Of a stretch of 64,000 nt of DNA, positions 9,690 through 18,904 are shown in pieces (within the stretch, counting starts at the first letter, position 1; each line of letters begins with the position of its first letter). This stretch comes from an uncultured delta proteobacterium (GTDB lineage Bacteria; Myxococcota; Myxococcia; Myxococcales; Myxococcaceae). Location of the stretch: the NCBI GenBank assembly GCA_963796055.1, contig CAWCKH010000004.1, positions 3,594,990 through 3,658,989 on the forward strand, written 5' to 3'. The notes under the pieces were generated by a model, which saw only the letters and a program-made list of their open reading frames with translations, searched no databases and was not told where the DNA came from. The position numbers and the translations under genes are program-made.

Positions 9690-10895
9690 CTACTTCTTGG
9701 CGACCAGCGGGCACTCGCCTTGGTCCAGTGGACGGAATGCCTCGGCGGCGGGGATCTCGTGGATCAGCTTGTAGTAGTCCCATGGTCCCTTGGACTCGGA
9801 GGGCTTCTTCACCTCGTAGAGGTACATGGGATGGATCTTCCGGCCGTCGGCACGGATGGTGCCCTTGCCGAAGAGGGGGTCGTCCGTCGGCATCGCCTTC
9901 ATCTTGGCCACCACCGCCTTGCCGTCCTGGTCCGACTTGAGGGCCTGCACCGCCTTCAGGTAGTGCAGCACGCCGGCGTAGACGCCAGCCTGGACCATGG
10001 TGGGCATGCTGCCCCCGTGCCGCGCGGCGAACTTCTTCGACCAGGCGCGGGTCTTGTCGTCCCGGTCCCAGTAGAAGGCGGAGGTCAGCTGCAGGCCGTT
10101 GGCGGCCTTGAGACCCAGAGCGTGAATGTCGCTGATGAAGACCAGCAGACCGGCCAGCTTCTGGCCGCCCTGGACGATGCCGAACTCGGCTGCGGACTTG
10201 ATGGAGTTGATGGTGTCGCCGCCGGCGTTGGCCAGGCCGATGATCTTCGCCTTCGAGGCCTGGGCCTGGAGCAGGAAGGAGGAGAAGTCGGAGGTGTTCA
10301 GCGGGTGGAGCACCGAGCCGAGAACCTTGCCGCCGTTGGCCTCCACCACCGCGCGGGTGTCCTTCTCCAGCGCCTTGCCGAAGGCGTAGTCCGCGGTGAG
10401 GAAGAACCAGGTGTTACCCCCGGCCTTCACCACGGCCTTGCCGGTGCCGTTGGCCAGCGACCAGGTGTCGTAGGTCCAGTGGACGGTGTTGGGGGTGCAG
10501 GCCTTCCCGGTGAGGTCGGAGGTCGCCGCGCCCGAGTCGATGAAGACCTTGTTCTTGTCCGCGGTGATCTTGGCGAGGGCCAGCGCCACGCCCGAGTTGG
10601 GGACGTCGACGACGACGTCCACCCCGTCCACGTCGTACCACTTGGTGGCGATGCCCGAGCCGATGTCCGGCTTGTTCTGGTGATCGGCGCCGATGACCTG
10701 GATCGGCATCCCCGCCACCTTGTTGCCGAACTCCTCGGCCGCCATCTTCGCGGCCTCCACCGAGCCGGAGCCGCTGAGGTCCGCATAGAGCCCGGACATG
10801 TCGTTGAGGACGCCGATCTTCACCACCTTCTCCTGGGCCATCGCGGCCAGGGGCAGAAGACAGGTGAGGGCGAGAAGCCGTGAAGCGATTCGCAT
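9690..10895 (-). CDS. ABC transporter substrate-binding protein (Leu-binding family)
   Basis: Signal peptide; KIGVLNDMSGLY, ADHQNKPD, TADYAFG. Confidence 0.92.
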   Translation of the reverse strand: MRIASRLLALTCLLPLAAMAQEKVVKIGVLNDMSGLYADLSGSGSVEAAKMAAEEFGNKVAGMPIQVIGADHQNKPDIGSGIATKWYDVDGVDVVVDVPNSGVALALAKITADKNKVFIDSGAATSDLTGKACTPNTVHWTYDTWSLANGTGKAVVKAGGNTWFFLTADYAFGKALEKDTRAVVEANGGKVLGSVLHPLNTSDFSSFLLQAQASKAKIIGLANAGGDTINSIKSAAEFGIVQGGQKLAGLLVFISDIHALGLKAANGLQLTSAFYWDRDDKTRAWSKKFAARHGGSMPTMVQAGVYAGVLHYLKAVQALKSDQDGKAVVAKMKAMPTDDPLFGKGTIRADGRKIHPMYLYEVKKPSESKGPWDYYKLIHEIPAAEAFRPLDQGECPLVAKK

Positions 10896-10933
10896 GAGGA
10901 CGCTCCTGGGGCGAGGGGAGTGAGAGGAGACGG

Positions 10934-11683
10934 CTAGACACCGAGGTACGTCTGCAGCTGGGGCAAGCTCGACTGAAATCGGTCGGCGGGAATCTGGTCC
11001 ACCACGCGGCCGCGGTCCATCACGTAATGACGGTCCGCGATGGACGAGGCGAACTTGAGGTTCTGTTCCACCAGAAGGATGGTGAAGCCTTCGGTCTTGA
11101 GCCGGCGGATAGTGGCGCCGATCTGCTGGACGATGACCGGGGCCAGGCCCTCGGTGGGCTCGTCCAGGAGCAGCAGCCGCGCGCCGGTGCGGAGGATGCG
11201 GCCGATGGCCAGCATCTGCTGTTCTCCGCCCGAAAGCTTCGTCCCCTGGCTGCCCATCCGCTCCCGGAGGTTGGGGAACAGCTCCAGCACCGCGTTGAGC
11301 GGCATGCCCCCTGGCCTGACCGGCGGCGGGAGCAAAAGGTTCTCCTCCACCGTCAGGCTGGCGAAGATGCCCCGCTCCTCCGGGCAGATCTCCATCCCCA
11401 GCCGGGCAATCCGGTGCGGGGGGAGCCCGATGGTCTCGTTGCCCGCCAGCACCACCGAGCCCTCGCGGCGCGGCACCATCCCCATCAGCGAGCGCAGGGT
11501 GGTGGTCTTGCCTGCCCCGTTCCGGCCCAGCAAGGTCACCAGCTCGCCGGGAAGGATCTCGAAGTTGACGCCGTGGAGGATGTGGGACTCGCCGTACCAG
11601 GCCTGCAGCCCCTCGACGTGGAGGAGCGGCCGGGTTCCCGCCTCGGGCGCCGGGCCCGTGCTGGCCATGGCGAGCTCAGGCAT
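10934..11683 (-). CDS. ABC transporter ATP-binding protein (LivF-like)
   Basis: GRNGAGKTT, LSGGEQQML, LLLDEP. Confidence 0.93.
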   Translation of the reverse strand: MPELAMASTGPAPEAGTRPLLHVEGLQAWYGESHILHGVNFEILPGELVTLLGRNGAGKTTTLRSLMGMVPRREGSVVLAGNETIGLPPHRIARLGMEICPEERGIFASLTVEENLLLPPPVRPGGMPLNAVLELFPNLRERMGSQGTKLSGGEQQMLAIGRILRTGARLLLLDEPTEGLAPVIVQQIGATIRRLKTEGFTILLVEQNLKFASSIADRHYVMDRGRVVDQIPADRFQSSLPQLQTYLGV

Positions 11684-12449
11684 GTTCGGACCCCATGTAG
11701 GCCTGGATGACGTCCTTGTTCTTGGAGACCGCGGCGTAGTCGCCCTCGGCCAGCACCTCGCCGCGGGCGAGCACGGTGATGATGTGCGAGAGGTTGGCGA
11801 CCACGTTCAGGTTGTGCTCGACCATCAGCACCGTCCGGCTGGCGCCCACGCGCTGGATGAGGGTGGCAATCCGGTTCACGTCCTCGTGGCCCATTCCGGC
11901 GGTGGGCTCGTCCAGCAGCAGCAGCTCGGGGTCCAGCGCCAGGGTGGTGGCGATCTCCAGGGCGCGCTTGCGGCCGTAGGACAGCTCCACCGCCTGCGTG
12001 TGCAAAAAGTCTTGCAGACCCACCGCCTCGGCCAGCTCGAGCGCCCGCGGCTCGAGGTCCTTGAGCGCCCGCTCCGAGCGCCAGAAGTCGAAGGACTGGC
12101 CGCGCTTCCGCTGCAGCGCCACCCGGATGTTCTCCAGCACGGTCAGGTGGGGGAACACCGCCGAGATCTGGAACGAGCGCACCACGCCGCGTCGGGCCAC
12201 GTCGGCCGGTCGGTCGGAAGTGATGTTCTGCCCCTTGAACTTGATGGTGCCGGCGGAGGGCGTGAGGAACTTGGTCAGCAGATTGAAGCAGGTCGTCTTG
12301 CCTGCGCCGTTCGGGCCGATCAACGCGTGAATGCTTCCGGCGCGGACGGTGAGGCTCACGTTCTTCACCGCCACGAACCCGCGGAATTCCTTGGTGAGAC
12401 CTTGGGTCTCGAGAAGCGGCTCACCAGTCTGACGCGCTGAATCGAGCAT
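11676..12449 (-). CDS. ABC transporter ATP-binding protein (LivG-like)
   Basis: GPNGAGKTT, LSYGRKR, LLLDEPTAG; start codon approximate. Confidence 0.92.
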   Translation of the reverse strand: MLDSARQTGEPLLETQGLTKEFRGFVAVKNVSLTVRAGSIHALIGPNGAGKTTCFNLLTKFLTPSAGTIKFKGQNITSDRPADVARRGVVRSFQISAVFPHLTVLENIRVALQRKRGQSFDFWRSERALKDLEPRALELAEAVGLQDFLHTQAVELSYGRKRALEIATTLALDPELLLLDEPTAGMGHEDVNRIATLIQRVGASRTVLMVEHNLNVVANLSHIITVLARGEVLAEGDYAAVSKNKDVIQAYMGSEHA

Positions 12450-12536
12450 GTGCGCTGACCTAGAAAAACGGAGGAGGGCGCAGCAAGACACGTTGCGTCG
12501 CCCAGGTCGAGCGCTTCCGACGCGGGACGAGCCCGC

Positions 12537-14300
12537 TCAGCGTTCGGTGACGTACAGCCCCGGAGCGTCCGCCAGCGGCGGGTACTCCTCGCTCCCGATC
12601 ATCGCCGGAGGTGGCCGGCGCTCCCCGGCCCGGGCTTCGATCCATCGGGCCCAGGCGTGCCACCAGGTGTCCGTGTGGCGCGTCGACGCAATGCGCCATG
12701 CCTCCGGCGACTCGTGGAGATGCTCGTGCAGCCAGTAAGCGGCACTCTTGCTCGGCGGGTTCACCACCCCGGCGATGTGGCCCGAGCTGCTCAGCACGAA
12801 CTGGACCTTCCCCCCCAGCAGGCTCGTGGTCCGGAAGGCCGCCCGCCACGGGGTGATGTGGTCCTCCACGGCGGCGACGATGAACGTGTCCTGCTCGATG
12901 GAGGAGAGGCGGAGCCGCTGCCCGCGGACGACCATCTCGTCGCGGGCGAGCGCGTTGTCCAGGTAGCAGCCACGCAGGTACTCGGAGAGGAGCCGGGCCG
13001 GGATGCGCGTGCCGTCGTCGTTCCAGGCCAGCAGGTCGAAGCCGGGCGGTTCCTCGCCCATCATCCACGCCGAGCCGAAGTAGTTGAAGTACAGGTCGTT
13101 GGGGCGGAGCAGGTTGAAAGTGCGGGCCATCTCGAACGACTCGAGGAGGCCAGTGCGCTGCACCCGGCGGAGGAGGCGCTCGATGGTGGGCCGGTCGGTG
13201 AACGCTCCCAGCGGGCCGGGGTCGCTGAAGTCCACCAGGGTGTTCATCAGGGTCAGCGAGTTGAGCGAGCGGTCCCCGATGGCCTCGAGGTACGCGGCGA
13301 GCATCGTGGCCAGCGTGCCGCCCACGCACAGGGCGGCGACGTTGACCTTCGGCGCACCGGTGATCTCCTTGACCACCCGCAGTGCCTCCAGCGGACCCTC
13401 GACGAGGTAGTCCCCGTACCCCACATCACGCAGGCTCTGGTCCGGGTTCCGGTAGCTCATGCAGAACGTGGTGTGGCCGTTCTTCACCGCCCACTCCACG
13501 AAGCTGCGGCCGGGGGCGAGGTCCATGATGTAGTACTTGTTGATGAACGGCGGGCTGCAGAGGAGTGGGACGGAGAACGTGGTCTCGGTCTGCGGCGAGT
13601 ACTGGATCAGCTCGAAGAGCCGGTTCCGGTAGACGACTTTCCCCGGCGTCGCCGCCAGGTTCTTGCCCACCTCGAAGCCGGAGTGGTCCACCAGCCGCGG
13701 CCAGCCCTCGCGGGTGCGGAGGTCGTCGAGCCACTTGCGCAGCCCCCGCACCGCGCTCAGCCCGCCGGACTCGAAGGCTCGCCGCAGCGCGACCGGGTTG
13801 GTGAGGAAGAAGTTGGTGGGGGCGAAGGCGTCCACCAGCAGCTGGCTCGCCATGCTTGCCTTTCGGGTGGAGACCTCGCCCAGTCCGGCGGCGGCGAGGA
13901 GGTCGCGGGCGAGTTGCTCGCGGAGCAGGTGCTGCTGGAGCAACCAGAAGAAGAGCGCGTTCTCGTTCCAGATCCGGTCGCCGAACCGCCGGTCCTTGGC
14001 CGGGATCGGCATCGGGCCCTCGGCGGTGGCGCCCACCGCGCGGCCCGCGCTCACCCCCGCGGCGACCAGTGCGCCGTTCGCCCAGCGCACCAGAGCCCTG
14101 GCGGTGGCGAGCGGATGCCGTGCCAGCCCCGCGGCCTCGATGCTCAGGGCCCGGCCGAAGCCCACCGGGTCCACCCGATCGAGGAGCTCGTCCACCGCCC
14201 GGCGCAGCCCGCCGCGCACCTTGCTCGGAGGAGCGGGGGAGGGCAGCGGCGGCTCGACGTCGACCGGCGGGGCGCGCTGCGGAAGCTCGAGCACCTTCAT
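12537..14300 (-). CDS. phaC: Polyhydroxyalkanoate synthase (class I/II-like)
   Basis: PTNFFLTNP, TPGKVVYRN, PPFINKYYIMDL, catalytic box ALCVGG, DHITPW, SSGHIAG. Confidence 0.93.
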   Translation of the reverse strand: MKVLELPQRAPPVDVEPPLPSPAPPSKVRGGLRRAVDELLDRVDPVGFGRALSIEAAGLARHPLATARALVRWANGALVAAGVSAGRAVGATAEGPMPIPAKDRRFGDRIWNENALFFWLLQQHLLREQLARDLLAAAGLGEVSTRKASMASQLLVDAFAPTNFFLTNPVALRRAFESGGLSAVRGLRKWLDDLRTREGWPRLVDHSGFEVGKNLAATPGKVVYRNRLFELIQYSPQTETTFSVPLLCSPPFINKYYIMDLAPGRSFVEWAVKNGHTTFCMSYRNPDQSLRDVGYGDYLVEGPLEALRVVKEITGAPKVNVAALCVGGTLATMLAAYLEAIGDRSLNSLTLMNTLVDFSDPGPLGAFTDRPTIERLLRRVQRTGLLESFEMARTFNLLRPNDLYFNYFGSAWMMGEEPPGFDLLAWNDDGTRIPARLLSEYLRGCYLDNALARDEMVVRGQRLRLSSIEQDTFIVAAVEDHITPWRAAFRTTSLLGGKVQFVLSSSGHIAGVVNPPSKSAAYWLHEHLHESPEAWRIASTRHTDTWWHAWARWIEARAGERRPPPAMIGSEEYPPLADAPGLYVTER

Positions 14301-16276
14301 CGTTCACTCCCTGATGGCGAATGCCGCGACTGTCGCCGGCGCTTGAGGGACTCGAGCGCGTGGCGCTGGGTGTCGAAGAGCTCGGGGTCCACGTGGTGTG
14401 CCTGCAGTGACGCGCCCAGCTTGAGGCGCAGGAAGGCGCTGGAGGTGTAGCGGGTCACCCGCTCGTAGTAGCGCTCCGTGAGCTGCCGGACCAGCTCTGC
14501 GTACGAATCCGTCAGGTGGGCGGGCACATTGAAGCCGTCGTAGTCCACCACCGCCCGGACGCGCCGGCCCAGCGGCTTGCACACCTCCTCCACCGTCTCG
14601 GCGATCCGGCGGAGGTCCTCCTCGCTCCGGAGGGTGAGCCCGGCGAAGTTGATGAACAGCACCTCGCGCCGGGGGTCGAACTCGAAGCGCGAGGCGAGCG
14701 GGCGCTCCTCGAGCATCGCCCGCAGCCCCATTGCCTCGGCGCGGAAGAGCCGGGGGTCCATGGTCCTCAGCGGCCGCTTGATCTCCGGGGTGAAGTCCAT
14801 CTGACCGAGCACCTCGTGCTCCAGGTCGATGCCCGGGGCAATCTCCTCCAGCCGAATGCCGGAATCGGTGAGCCGGAACACCGCGCGCTCGGTGACGTAC
14901 ATCGTCTCGTGGCCGGTCTCTCTGGCGCGCTGGCCGCTGAACGTGACCTGCTCGACGGCAGGGATGAATTTCCGGCTCCGGCCCTCCTGGAGGATGCGGA
15001 GCCGCCCGTCGCCGATCTCCAGGGTGAGGCCGCCGCAGGTGAAGGTACCGACGAACACGACCTTGCGGGCGTTCTGGCTGATGTTGATGAACCCGCCACA
15101 GCCGGCGAAGGTCGACCCGAAGCGGCTGACGTTGACGTTACCCTTGGCGTCCACCTGGGCCATGCCCAGGTAGGCCTGGTCGAGCCCGCCCCCGTCGTAG
15201 AAGTCGAACTGCTGGTTCTGGTCCACCAGAGCCTCGGTGTTCACCGCCGCGCCGAAGTTGAGCCCCGAGGCGGGCAGCCCCCCGATGACCCCGGGCTCGG
15301 CGGTCAGGGTGAGCAGGGGCAACAGGCCTTCCTCCGCCGCCACGCCGGCCACCGACTCGGGCATGCCGATGCCGAGGTTGATCAGCGTGCCGGGGACGAG
15401 CTCGGACGCCGCTCGGCGGCCGATGACCTTCCGCCCGTCCAGGTGGGGAGGGGGAAGGGTCTCCAGCGGGACGCGCAGCTCGCCGGAGAAGGCAGGGCTG
15501 TACGGCGTGGCGTAGGTCTGCGCGTGGTACTCGGCCGGGGCCACCGCCACGCAGTCCACCAGCGCGCCAGGAATCTTCACGCTCCGTGCAGGGATGGAGC
15601 CGGCCTGCGCGAGGCGCTCCACCTGGACGATGACCACCCCCCCGCTGTTCTTCGCCGCCATGGCCATCGCCAGGTTGTCGAGGGTGAGCGCCTCTCGCTC
15701 CATGCTCACGTTTCCGTGCGGGTCCGCCGTCGTACCCCGGAGGAAGACCACGTCGATGGGGAAGGTGCGGTAGAGGAGCCAGTCCTCGCCGTGGATCTGC
15801 ACCAGCTCCACCAGGTCCTCGGTGGAGCGGGAGTTCACCTTGCCGCCCCCGTTTCGCGGGTCGACGAACGTGCCGAGGCCGACGCGGGAGATCGTGCCTG
15901 GCTTGCCGGCGGCGATGTCCCGGTACAGGTGCGAGATGCAGCCCTGGGGGAAGTTGTAGGCCTCGATCTCCCCGGCGAGCGCCAGCGCGCCCACCCGCGG
16001 GATGAGGCCCCAGTGTCCGCCCACCACCCGGCGCAGTAGGCCGGGGATGGCCAGGCGATTCAGTCCCCGCGTCTTGCCGTCACCCTGACCGGCGGCGAAG
16101 ACCAGGGTGAGCCCGCCCGGCCGTCCGTGGGTCTGGTAAGCGCGAGCCAGCGCATCGAGCAGCCCGTCGGGGGTGCCAATGCCCACGAACCCCGAGGTGG
16201 CGATGGTGTTGCCTGGCTGCACCAAGGCCACTGCCTCGTCGAGGCTCGCGACCTTGCTCACCGACGTGGGCGACAT
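14297..16276 (-). CDS. Family I acyl-CoA:acetate/propionate CoA-transferase (Pct/YdiF-like) with about 130 aa C-terminal extension
   Basis: INLGIGMP, catalytic EPGVIGG (ExGxxG), GCGGFINISQ; ATGA overlap with phaC. Confidence 0.9.
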   Translation of the reverse strand: MSPTSVSKVASLDEAVALVQPGNTIATSGFVGIGTPDGLLDALARAYQTHGRPGGLTLVFAAGQGDGKTRGLNRLAIPGLLRRVVGGHWGLIPRVGALALAGEIEAYNFPQGCISHLYRDIAAGKPGTISRVGLGTFVDPRNGGGKVNSRSTEDLVELVQIHGEDWLLYRTFPIDVVFLRGTTADPHGNVSMEREALTLDNLAMAMAAKNSGGVVIVQVERLAQAGSIPARSVKIPGALVDCVAVAPAEYHAQTYATPYSPAFSGELRVPLETLPPPHLDGRKVIGRRAASELVPGTLINLGIGMPESVAGVAAEEGLLPLLTLTAEPGVIGGLPASGLNFGAAVNTEALVDQNQQFDFYDGGGLDQAYLGMAQVDAKGNVNVSRFGSTFAGCGGFINISQNARKVVFVGTFTCGGLTLEIGDGRLRILQEGRSRKFIPAVEQVTFSGQRARETGHETMYVTERAVFRLTDSGIRLEEIAPGIDLEHEVLGQMDFTPEIKRPLRTMDPRLFRAEAMGLRAMLEERPLASRFEFDPRREVLFINFAGLTLRSEEDLRRIAETVEEVCKPLGRRVRAVVDYDGFNVPAHLTDSYAELVRQLTERYYERVTRYTSSAFLRLKLGASLQAHHVDPELFDTQRHALESLKRRRQSRHSPSGSER

Positions 16277-16404
16277 CCATGACCCCCTTCCGCAACGCCC
16301 CGAGGATCGACAAAAAACGGCGGGTCGACCCGGGGCGCCGATGACGCCAGGGGACCCGCCGGGGTGTCAACCGGTGCTTCCCGGCCGACCGGTTCTTCGG
16401 GGAA

Positions 16405-16677
16405 CTAGTTCTTGGGGGTGATGAGGTCGAGCGTGCGCTGGGCGTACTCATTCATCGCCTTCCGCCACTGCGCGCTGATCTGCTCGCCGGCGGTGATGGC
16501 CTCCTTGGCCACGCGGCCGGCCTCGTCCACGGCCGACACGGCCTGGGCGACGCCCTGCTTCTCAAACTTCTCCACCTCGGACAGCGCCGCGGTGAAGCGG
16601 CTGGTGGACTCCGCCATCAGCTTGAGCCACTCACTGCCGAACTGCTGCATCTGCGTGAAAACGGTCTTCTGGTCCAT
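16405..16677 (-). CDS. Putative phasin (PHA granule-associated protein), 90 aa
   Basis: Ala/Gln-rich amphipathic helical protein with strong RBS, located between phaR and the CoA-transferase gene. Confidence 0.65.
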   Translation of the reverse strand: MDQKTVFTQMQQFGSEWLKLMAESTSRFTAALSEVEKFEKQGVAQAVSAVDEAGRVAKEAITAGEQISAQWRKAMNEYAQRTLDLITPKN

Positions 16678-16744
16678 GGTCTTCTCCTCCCGAAACTCCG
16701 GGTTCCCCCCTCGTGTAACACCTGGCAAACGCGAGTCAAGGGTC

Positions 16745-16765
16745 TTTTGTTGCGGTGCAGCAAAA
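16745..16765. promoter_or_regulatory. Putative PhaR operator upstream of the phasin promoter
   Basis: Imperfect palindrome TTTTGTTGC-GGT-GCAGCAAAA next to a minus-strand TTGACT-N16-TACACG. Confidence 0.6.
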
Positions 16766-16923
16766 TCAGCTGGCTGTGCGGCATTCTCCGCCGCGGGCCG
16801 CTGACTTCCGCCCGGCGTGCGCCGGGTCTGTCCTGAGCCGTTCTTCCGAGACATCGTGGTCTCCTCCCGGGTGCTGGGTCACTGGTCTGTCGCACCCCAG
16901 GCCGGTGGAGTCAAGTCCCGGTA

Positions 16924-16938
16924 TGTTGCAGTGCAACA
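16924..16938. promoter_or_regulatory. Putative PhaR operator
   Basis: Perfect palindrome TGTTGCA-G-TGCAACA, 9 nt upstream of a second minus-strand TTGACT. Confidence 0.6.
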
Positions 16939-16942
16939 GAAT

Positions 16943-17437
16943 TCATTTTCGGCGCGGTGCCCGGCGCTTCAGGCTGCGGCGGAGCGCGGCCACCTCCCGG
17001 CGGAGCTCCCCGAGCTCGTCCGGGGCTCCCGGGGCTCCCGGGGCGGCTGGCTCGGGTGGACGCGGGCGCTCCGGCGACGCCAGGGCGGGGAAGGGGCGGA
17101 GACCGGCGAAGGGGTTGTAGAGGCCTCCCAGCCCGGACCTGGCCTGGAGGTACATCTCCAGTGCCCAGCTCACGTACCGGCCCAGGAAGTCGGCCAGCGG
17201 CTCGTCTCCCATGCGGATCAGTTGCAGCAGCAACGGAACGGGGAGGAGCCGGGCGGCGTTCCGGTCCTCGAAGATGATCTGGGCCAGGGTCGGGGCGGTC
17301 AGATCCGCGCCGCTCTTGGCATCCACGACCTGCACGTCCGCCCCGGCGCGAATCCGCTCGGCGATCTCGTCGAGCCGGACGTAGCGGCTTTGCTCGGTGT
17401 CGTAGAGGCGGCGGTTGCCGTACTTCTTCACCAGCAT
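16943..17437 (-). CDS. phaR: PHA synthesis repressor / accumulation regulator
   Basis: MLVKKYGNRRLYDTEQSRYV DNA-binding motif, DAKSGADLT; RBS AGGAGG. Confidence 0.88.
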   Translation of the reverse strand: MLVKKYGNRRLYDTEQSRYVRLDEIAERIRAGADVQVVDAKSGADLTAPTLAQIIFEDRNAARLLPVPLLLQLIRMGDEPLADFLGRYVSWALEMYLQARSGLGGLYNPFAGLRPFPALASPERPRPPEPAAPGAPGAPDELGELRREVAALRRSLKRRAPRRK

Positions 17438-17553
17438 GGGTCGCCTCCTATCAGGGACTTGGCCCTGTGCCACTTCCTGTGCAGTTGCAGCAAATGTGGG
17501 ACGACGAACAAAGGCTGGACCGGCGGGCAGAGGGTCAATAGATTCTCGAATCA

Positions 17554-18768
17554 ATGTACTTCGCCCACGACCTCGGCCGGGCGTTCGCCCTCCCAATTCA
17601 CACCTGGGCGTCGATGCTCCGGACGGCGTGGACCCATCCCTTCAACCCGGTCTCGGTGCTGCCCCCGGTACGGGCGATGGCCGCGGCGGCCGAGATGGTC
17701 GAGCGGGCCACGGCCGCGTACCCCAAGCCCTCCTTCGCCCTCGACTCCACGGTCATCGACGGCCAGGAGGTCGCGGTCCGGGAGCAGCTGGTCCACGAGA
17801 CGCCCTTCTGCCGGCTGCTCCACTTCGAGCGGGACGTCCCCCGCGACGACCCGAAGGTCCTCCTCGTCGCTCCGCTCTCCGGTCACCACGCCACGCTCCT
17901 CCGCGAGACGGTGCGCGAGCTGCTGCCGGACCATGACCTCTACGTCACCGACTGGGTGGACGCGCGCCTGGTGCCGCTCGGCGGCGGGAAGTTCGACCTC
18001 GCCGACTACGTCGACCTCCTCATCGCTCACTTGCGGGAGCTCGGGCCCGAGGTGCACATCCTGTCGGTCTGCCAGCCGGCGGTGCCGGTGCTGATCGCCA
18101 CCGCGATGCTTGCCGAGGCGGACGACCCGGTGCAGCCGGCGAGCATGGTTCTGATCTCGGGCCCGGTGGACACCCGGGTGAACCCGTCGTCGGTGAACCA
18201 GTTCGCCCGGGTGCACTCGCTGAAGGCGCTCGAGGCGCTGGTGGTCCACCGGGTGCCGGTCGGTCACCCCGGATCAGGCCGGCGGGTGTACCCGGGAATC
18301 TTGCAGCTGTGGTCCTTCATGTCGCTCGATCCGCACCGGCACGTGGACGCCCACGTGGGCTTGTTCAAGGACCTCATGAGGGGCGAGCTCGAGTCCGCCG
18401 ACAAGCGCCGCAAGTTCTACGACGAGTACTTCGCGGTGATGGACCTGCCCGCGGAGTTCTATCTGGAGACGGTGCACCACGTGTTCCACCGGCACAGCCT
18501 GCCGGAGGGGAAGATGCTGCACCGCGGGAAGCCCGTGCGTCTGGACGCGATCCGCCGGACGGCGCTGATGACGATCGAGGGTGGGGAGGACGACATCACC
18601 GCCCCGGGGCAGACGTACGCCGCCCACGGCCTGCTCGCGTCCGTCCCCGCCGGCTGGAAGGACCACCTGCTGCTGGAGGGGGCAGGGCACTACGGGACCT
18701 TCAGCGGCCGGCGGTTCCGGGAGCGCGTCGCCCCACGGATGCGGGCGTTCTTCCGCGCGAGACGCTGA
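17554..18768 (+). CDS. phaZ: Intracellular PHB depolymerase
   Basis: APLSGHHATLLRETV, SVCQPAVP, FYDEYFAVMDL, GHYGTFSG. Confidence 0.93.
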   Translation: MYFAHDLGRAFALPIHTWASMLRTAWTHPFNPVSVLPPVRAMAAAAEMVERATAAYPKPSFALDSTVIDGQEVAVREQLVHETPFCRLLHFERDVPRDDPKVLLVAPLSGHHATLLRETVRELLPDHDLYVTDWVDARLVPLGGGKFDLADYVDLLIAHLRELGPEVHILSVCQPAVPVLIATAMLAEADDPVQPASMVLISGPVDTRVNPSSVNQFARVHSLKALEALVVHRVPVGHPGSGRRVYPGILQLWSFMSLDPHRHVDAHVGLFKDLMRGELESADKRRKFYDEYFAVMDLPAEFYLETVHHVFHRHSLPEGKMLHRGKPVRLDAIRRTALMTIEGGEDDITAPGQTYAAHGLLASVPAGWKDHLLLEGAGHYGTFSGRRFRERVAPRMRAFFRARR

Positions 18769-18904
18769 GCCGCGGGGTCGGCGTCCGCCATGTCGCCGGA
18801 CGTTGGTCTGCCCCTGGGCGGCGGTCGGAGAGCGCCGGCGCCCTGCCGGGCACCCCTGACTGCCTCGCGCCGGGCTCCAGTTCCCTCGTACTCTCCGGGC
18901 CGTC

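Noticed and set aside
12480..12500. sigma54 promoter upstream of the livG-like gene
   Set aside because: TTGC is present but the -24 position reads GC, not the invariant GG
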